Positions 58,653 to 64,000 of a stretch of 64,000 bases of DNA are shown piece by piece. The first letter of the stretch is position 1, and every line of letters begins with the position of its first letter. The notes beneath the pieces were generated by a model. The model was not told where the DNA came from. It saw only the letters and a program-made list of their open reading frames with translations, and did not search any database. Source of the DNA: Methanobacteriota archaeon (GTDB lineage: Archaea > Thermoplasmatota > Poseidoniia > Poseidoniales > Thalassarchaeaceae); the NCBI GenBank assembly GCA_016845345.1, contig JAERSV010000057.1, positions 183 to 64,182 on the forward strand. Direction: 5' to 3'. A program made the position numbers and the translations under genes.

Positions 58653-59527
58653 TCCAGTGCCTCGATGGCTGACTTAGTCCAAACAGTAAGACGTCCCATG
58701 TCTCCGCCAGGTGCCAAGTCCTCTGCTGAGAGGTCTTTGGCAGCCACGACATCAACGCCAGAAACATTGTTAGCAGCCTTTGCTAACCCGTCTCGTTGTC
58801 CAACTACAAGTAAAATTGACTTTGGTGTTCGGCGACGGCGCCCACGCATTTTGCCCTTACCCGCACGAATGTTACGACCATTCTTTGCTCGGTTCAAATC
58901 GTCACCAAGACCTAGGCCTTCCATCATAGCGATGAATTTGCGTGTTGAGTAAGTAAGAGGGATGCTTTCAACATCGTACTTCTCTTTCTTACCATCGCGT
59001 TCTTCTGAATATCCATCTATGATTATGGGGAATTTAACATCGTTGGAAAAGCGGTGACCACGGTTTGCCACTGTATCACTATTAGTTGTAGCAGCAATCG
59101 CGGAATTGCGAGCTTGCTTGCGAACTTTTGAGTTGACTTTCATTGTCCAGTCTTTCTCGACCTTTGGACCATGGGCTCTACGACCACCACGTGTGTGAGG
59201 GTTCTCTGCACCAGTGCTTTGACCAGTCTTTCTCATAATTCGGGAAACACCTCTTCCCTTACCCCACCATTCAACGCTGTGCTTCATACCCGGTTGTGGG
59301 TTTCGACGACCTTCGTGTCGGTTGTGACCATATGGCTGGCGTCGGTTAGCACGAGCAGATTGAACTGCATCGCGCACAATTTGGACTCTAATATCTGCTG
59401 AAAAACAGTCTGGCAGTTCAATTGCCTTTCCTGCCTTAGCAGCAACAGAATAATGTTCTGAAAGTAAACCTGCTTCAAATTCTTCTTGGTCTACGGTGTT
59501 GACCAGATTCATCATCTTAACCTTCAT
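58649..59527 (-). CDS. rpl4: 50S ribosomal protein uL4
   Basis: WGKGRGVSRI.R, GGRRAH.P, IRAGKGKMRGR, LAPGG..GRLTVWT. Confidence 0.97.
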   Translation of the reverse strand: MKVKMMNLVNTVDQEEFEAGLLSEHYSVAAKAGKAIELPDCFSADIRVQIVRDAVQSARANRRQPYGHNRHEGRRNPQPGMKHSVEWWGKGRGVSRIMRKTGQSTGAENPHTRGGRRAHGPKVEKDWTMKVNSKVRKQARNSAIAATTNSDTVANRGHRFSNDVKFPIIIDGYSEERDGKKEKYDVESIPLTYSTRKFIAMMEGLGLGDDLNRAKNGRNIRAGKGKMRGRRRRTPKSILLVVGQRDGLAKAANNVSGVDVVAAKDLSAEDLAPGGDMGRLTVWTKSAIEALE

Positions 59528-59529
59528 CT

Positions 59530-60558
59530 TCAGACCCCCTGCTTGCTTGATGTACTGACGTAAGTGATGTCGACTGGATTCTGTGTCTTACGCGGGCGGA
59601 CTGATTCACGGAATCTTAGGAGGCGCTTTGAAGGGCCAGGAAGACTACCTTGCACAATGATGTAATCGTTGGTAACTTCACCATATCTTAGGAAACCACC
59701 ATCTGGAGTAACCTCATCTTCATCAGGAGAAGATATACGAATTACTTTCTTGTTGTACTCAGTACGCTGGTGGTAACCAGTTTGACCTGCTTGACGGATT
59801 GTCTTTCGAACATATCCTGTTCCGAAGTCACCCATATTTCCACCTTGACGGCGACGCTTGCTGTTTTTGTGGCTTAGGAGTTTAATTCCCCAGCGCTTGA
59901 TTGAACCTTGCCAACCCTTTCCTTTGGTGACTGCAATAACATCAAGATCATTACCATTTGAAAATACATCTGAAACTTTCAATGTTTGACCGAGTCTTTC
60001 TTCGGCCCATGCAATACGGCTTGTGATATCACTACCGTTTAGACCAAGTTCCATGATGTTTGGAGTCTTGGTTGGAATTGACTTGACCTTAGTTGGTTGG
60101 GTCGAGACAATTAGGCGAACTTCGCATAGTTTGCCCTTTTCCGCCATTTCCTTTAGAGCAGTGATGTGCTCTTCAGTTGAGTGAGAGTTGCGGGCTGGTA
60201 CTCGGCGAACAAGATTTGGTTGTGCTTCTGCGATTTCTTCGCCAGAAGCCCATGCCTCTCCAGCAGTTTGTTTGCCGTAGTATGTTTGGTGGTATCCACG
60301 GATACCGAGAATCTGTAAAGGTGGGGTTTCCACAATTGTTACCGCTTTTCTGATTTCTTGACCTGCACTAGGACTGCCAGGGTTTTCATCACGAATCAAA
60401 ACGTGGCTCATTCCTGCTTTGTATCCTGCAAAACCTTGTATTTTGACTTCGCCATTCCCATTACTTGGCCAAGATTTGACTCGACCTGTCTGTCGACGGG
60501 CTCGCTTACGCGGGCCAAAAGCCATGCTTCCTCGCTTGGGTTTGTGTCTGTCTCCCAT
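59530..60558 (-). CDS. rpl3: 50S ribosomal protein uL3
   Basis: H.P.RGSM.F.PRKRA, GYKAGM.H, TKGKG.QG..KRWG, GQTGYHQRTEYNK, G..PGP.KR; start at ATG 60558 after GAGGAGG. Confidence 0.97.
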   Translation of the reverse strand: MGDRHKPKRGSMAFGPRKRARRQTGRVKSWPSNGNGEVKIQGFAGYKAGMSHVLIRDENPGSPSAGQEIRKAVTIVETPPLQILGIRGYHQTYYGKQTAGEAWASGEEIAEAQPNLVRRVPARNSHSTEEHITALKEMAEKGKLCEVRLIVSTQPTKVKSIPTKTPNIMELGLNGSDITSRIAWAEERLGQTLKVSDVFSNGNDLDVIAVTKGKGWQGSIKRWGIKLLSHKNSKRRRQGGNMGDFGTGYVRKTIRQAGQTGYHQRTEYNKKVIRISSPDEDEVTPDGGFLRYGEVTNDYIIVQGSLPGPSKRLLRFRESVRPRKTQNPVDITYVSTSSKQGV

Positions 60559-60577
60559 TTGGGTCTCCTCCTCTTTT

Positions 60578-60648
60578 CGGTGGTATATTGCGACAAAGTA
60601 AGCCGCCGAAGCGGCGCAATGCCGGCTCTCACAGCAAAGGAGCCACCG
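60578..60648 (-). promoter_or_regulatory. Candidate structured 5' leader of the rpl3 superoperon
   Basis: Nested stems CGGTG/CACCG, GCTC/GAGC, ATTGC/GCAAT and GCCGC-UUCG-GCGGC ending 4 nt before the SD. Confidence 0.55.
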
Positions 60649-60819
60649 TGACACGATTCGGATTTCAGATTTGATTTTCCGAGTTGTGGGTTGCTTGTTG
60701 CATAGCCCTCTGTGTCTGGTACCTCACTATGTGAGCGTCTCGCCGACCAACCTGCCATATATGAACCCCACCCATCAGGCAAATGTGATAATAAGGCCTC
60801 ATGGCACGATTTCAGCACT

Positions 60820-60847
60820 ATTTGATAACCCATTATTGTTATCAAAT
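60820..60847. promoter_or_regulatory. Perfect 10-bp inverted repeat between the divergent rpl3 and hef genes
   Basis: ATTTGATAAC-N8-GTTATCAAAT. Confidence 0.55.
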
Positions 60848-60937
60848 CTGGTGTTGCTTTGCTACTATAATTTACATGATTTCGAGGATTCAATTCTTAT
60901 AAAACGTGAGAATCATTTAGAACCGTGACCTCCGGGA

Positions 60938-63727
60938 TTGATGTTCATGGCCGCTTTTATTGAGCATCCTCGCCTCACTGCAGAGTCAGTAGAAGCGAGG
61001 GCGTATCAGATTGAAGCAGTGGCCGATTGCTTGGGTGCTCCAACCTTGTTGGTACTACCTACGGCCCTCGGAAAAACTCCAATTGAATGGATGGTAATTG
61101 CAGAGAGACTTCATACCGTTGGTGGCAGAGCCTTGATAATTGCACCAACAAATGCATTGGTGAATCAGCATTTTGTAGATTTAAAAGCAGTAATTAAGAA
61201 TCAGCAATCTGACGATTCCATAACATCTATGACCGGGTCTATAGATTGGCGTAAACGCCAGAAACGTTGGGCTGCTGCTGAAATTATAGTTGCAACTCCT
61301 CATGTTATTCGAAATGATGTAAATCGAGGGTCAATTGACCTATCAGATGTGACCATTCTTGTAGCGGATGAGGCCCATCATTCAACGGGAAAACACTCAT
61401 CCGCAGAAGTAGGGGACTTGTATTTACAGTTTGCAAATGACCCCTTAATCTTGGGTGCAACTGCAAGTCCTGGTTCAAATCGTGAACAAGTTGAGGAGGT
61501 TTGTAAGCGTCTTGGGTTGAAGCGTATTCACTCTCGGTCTGCAGAAAACGCGTTGTTAGCACCATATGCTGCAGGATTACAAGTAAAAGAGGTGTTTGTT
61601 GATGTCGATGATGGATTAAAACTGATGGCAGCACCTTTGCAAATGTGGTTAGAACATCTCGTTGACCAACTTCGAAGGTTGGGCTACCATGTTCACTCTG
61701 GTCGAGCGACGAGCAGTCAATTGAATGAAACACGCGGGCGAATTCAAGGAGCTATTGTACGAGGAGAGGGCTTGGCATATAATGCGGCTAGGCAATGTGC
61801 ACAAGCACAAAGACTCCTGAACCTCATTGGTTATCTTCTCAGCCAAGGCGTGGCAGCATCAAGAGAGTATCTTGGGCGGGTAAAAAATTCAGGTGAAAAT
61901 GGTGATAAGGGTGCGTCTGCATTTTTCAATGACAGCCGTATCACTGAATTATTTGAAAATTTGAAGGCAAGCCCAGAGTTACATGAGAAGGTCGGGAAAA
62001 CCGTAAATTTAGTTCTTGACCAGTTAGAAGCACACCCAGAAAGCCGCGTCATCATCTTTGCCCACTTTCGAGATACTGTAAATGAAATTGTCAAACGCTT
62101 AGAAGATTCAGACCATGCAAAACCAGAACGATTCGTTGGGCAGGCAAGCCGAGATGGGAGCGAAGGGATGACGCAAAAATCCCAACTAGAAGGCCTGCAA
62201 AGATTTAGAGAAGGAAAATGTAACGTCTTAGTTGCAACATCTGTAGGAGAAGAAGGGTTAGATGTCCCAAGAGCCGATCTTGTAGTTTTTTATGAACCAG
62301 TTGGCAGTGAAATCCGCACGATTCAGAGACGCGGGAGAACCGGAAGGCATCGGGCTGGAACTGTTCATATCTTAATCGCTAGAGACACTAGAGATGAGGG
62401 AGCTCGAGCATCAGCACTTTTTCGTGAGAAGAAGATGAAACATGCGATTGACAGAGTTAGAAGAAGCATGGGTCGTCCTGTTGATGATAATCCAGTTGAA
62501 TTATTGAGGTCATTCAAAGTCAGACAAAATGGAATTATTGGCTCTGCTCACGCATTTATGATATCTGAAATGGAGCGCCTAGCACCTGAACTGGGTGAAC
62601 AAACATCACGCATCAGCACAACTGTGGAGGGACAAAAATCAGTTACAGATGCCAGTGAGACACTGAGTGAAAAAAGGGGTAAGAAATACAAAAAAGAGCC
62701 TTCAAGATTACGTCCAAGAGGGCAAACTGGACTCGATTCGTTTCCATCATCTGCACCTACATCTGCTATCACAGATGACAAAGATGAAACTAGGATTGAC
62801 GGCAATGACTTAGATATTGACGAAAATATTGCTAAACTAGCAGTTAGAGCGGCTGAAGATATCGTTCAAGCATTAACTACAGAAGCCGTTGACCCTCTAG
62901 CCCACGAAGCAGATATCCCATGCAGAATTGTTGTGGACCATCGTGAACTGAACACTACAATTGCTGCGACTCTTAGGCTACAAGGGGTTGAAGTCGACGT
63001 CCAAACCTTGGCAATTGGCGATTTCCAGATTGGTGATAGAGTGGTTGTTGAAAGAAAACGTGTACGAGATTTTGTTGATTCTCTTCTGGATGGAAGATTA
63101 CTCGAACAAGCACACCGATTGATTGCATCTGCCCCGCGCCCTCTATTATTGATTGAAGGCGGAGGTCTTTTCACGCAAAGAGCAGTTCATAACAACGCAT
63201 TGATGGGCGCATTGGCAACATTGACAATTGACTTAGGGCTTCCAGTCGTCACAACTCAAGATGGAGAAGAAACTGCGCGGTTTCTCATCATCGCCGCACG
63301 CCGTGAACAAGCCTTGTTAGGTGCACTAACAAAAGAGGCGAGGGCGCGCATGAAATATGATGATGAACTAAAATCACGAAATTTATGGTTTGAAAATCAA
63401 GTACCAGGTGGAAGTGGCTTAGATGAAAAAACAACGATTGATGCGGCAGAGACAATAATTGATTCAGGATTTCAAACTAAACAAAAAGTCATTTTAGACG
63501 CCTCAAAAGGAAGCCTATTAGATCAAAGAGAAGAACAAAAAAAACAGACAAATAAACTCCACCTTCTTGAATCTCTACCAAATATTGGACCAGCAACTGC
63601 AAAGCGTTTACTAGATCATTTCAAATCTATAGAGGCTTTGACTCAAGCGGATGAAGCAGAACTTTGTCAAGTGACTGGAATCGGCCCAATAAGTGCTCGA
63701 ACAATCTTAGAAGTCTTACGAGACTAA
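60938..63727 (+). CDS. hef: Hef / FANCM-like SF2 helicase with ERCC4 nuclease and HhH domains
   Basis: R.YQ, PTALGKT, DEAHH, TASPG, ATSVGEEGLDVP, IQRRGRTGR; GDF..VERK...DF.SL.DGRL.EQ; C-terminal IGP HhH pair. Confidence 0.95.
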   Translation: MMFMAAFIEHPRLTAESVEARAYQIEAVADCLGAPTLLVLPTALGKTPIEWMVIAERLHTVGGRALIIAPTNALVNQHFVDLKAVIKNQQSDDSITSMTGSIDWRKRQKRWAAAEIIVATPHVIRNDVNRGSIDLSDVTILVADEAHHSTGKHSSAEVGDLYLQFANDPLILGATASPGSNREQVEEVCKRLGLKRIHSRSAENALLAPYAAGLQVKEVFVDVDDGLKLMAAPLQMWLEHLVDQLRRLGYHVHSGRATSSQLNETRGRIQGAIVRGEGLAYNAARQCAQAQRLLNLIGYLLSQGVAASREYLGRVKNSGENGDKGASAFFNDSRITELFENLKASPELHEKVGKTVNLVLDQLEAHPESRVIIFAHFRDTVNEIVKRLEDSDHAKPERFVGQASRDGSEGMTQKSQLEGLQRFREGKCNVLVATSVGEEGLDVPRADLVVFYEPVGSEIRTIQRRGRTGRHRAGTVHILIARDTRDEGARASALFREKKMKHAIDRVRRSMGRPVDDNPVELLRSFKVRQNGIIGSAHAFMISEMERLAPELGEQTSRISTTVEGQKSVTDASETLSEKRGKKYKKEPSRLRPRGQTGLDSFPSSAPTSAITDDKDETRIDGNDLDIDENIAKLAVRAAEDIVQALTTEAVDPLAHEADIPCRIVVDHRELNTTIAATLRLQGVEVDVQTLAIGDFQIGDRVVVERKRVRDFVDSLLDGRLLEQAHRLIASAPRPLLLIEGGGLFTQRAVHNNALMGALATLTIDLGLPVVTTQDGEETARFLIIAARREQALLGALTKEARARMKYDDELKSRNLWFENQVPGGSGLDEKTTIDAAETIIDSGFQTKQKVILDASKGSLLDQREEQKKQTNKLHLLESLPNIGPATAKRLLDHFKSIEALTQADEAELCQVTGIGPISARTILEVLRD

Positions 63728-63734
63728 ACACATT

Positions 63735-63998
63735 TCAGTTACCCATGACGAGTACTCTAGTCTTCAACTGTGCATACCTATCGTTGTAAGCACCAAGTGC
63801 AAAAGCGATCAATTCTGGTAAATGTATTGCAGGCATCTCTACATCGCTACCAGAAACCCGACCAGCCTTCACTTGGTAGGTATCAAGATTGATGTGTGAA
63901 AGAGGACAAGCGGATGCCATAACACGTGCACCCTCACTCTTTGCATCAGAAAGTACTGAGGCAGTCATTTTCAATGCGCTTGATTCCTCAGATAGCAA
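63735..63998 (-). CDS. HdrB/SdhE-like CCG-domain protein, C-terminal part (5' end outside window)
   Basis: A..EGA..MASACPLSHINLD.YQ...MP..HLPELIA.ALG matches the C-terminus of CCG-domain proteins. Confidence 0.8.
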   Translation of the reverse strand: MLSEESSALKMTASVLSDAKSEGARVMASACPLSHINLDTYQVKAGRVSGSDVEMPAIHLPELIAFALGAYNDRYAQLKTRVLVMGN

Positions 63999-64000
63999 GG

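Noticed and set aside
60408-60928. ORFs of 161 aa (minus) and 85 aa (plus) in the rpl3-hef gap
   Set aside because: No recognisable motifs; one overlaps rpl3 out of frame, and the region is better explained as leader and promoter
60938-63727. Possible intein in the long (929 aa) Hef
   Set aside because: The extra length is a low-complexity linker between helicase and nuclease; no C/S...HN-C/S/T splice junctions or LAGLIDADG motifs were seen
63735-63998. HdrB-like gene as evidence of methanogenesis
   Set aside because: CCG-domain proteins also serve as SdhE-type anchors; no methanogenesis genes are in the window and the 16S is not from a methanogen lineage I recognise

Overview
Chromosomal segment from a marine Thermoplasmatota archaeon, most likely Marine Group II / Poseidoniales. 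That call is inferred from the archaeal 16S sequence, a 16S gene with no linked 23S, class I LysRS, aRF1, aTrm56, Hef and PGF-CTERM-type surface proteins. The left 43 kb holds housekeeping and metabolic genes (ubiX, argS, aRF1, pyrH, NOG1 GTPase, ppsA, aIF2-beta, dut, GfcR-like regulator, lysS, carAB, trm56, folP, TraB-family protein, thiolase, NAD kinase, MscS, NfeD-flotillin) mixed with uncharacterised Zn-finger, membrane and surface proteins. The right part has a stand-alone 16S rRNA gene, the complete uL3-to-secY ribosomal protein superoperon (minus strand), hef, and the 3' end of an HdrB/SdhE-like gene. I saw no CRISPR array, transposase, integrase, intein or tRNA. The most notable signals are: SecY fused to about four extra N-terminal TM helices; SAP domains on three unrelated proteins, including eL32 and a membrane M28 peptidase; a structured UUCG-capped leader before rpl3; a structured 16S leader with duplicated CUGA/GAUGA motifs and a segment complementary to the anti-SD; LDL-receptor-class-A-like modules in two surface proteins; and a 39-aa Zn-finger gene below the ORF-track cutoff. 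All calls come from reading motifs; no database search or folding program was run.
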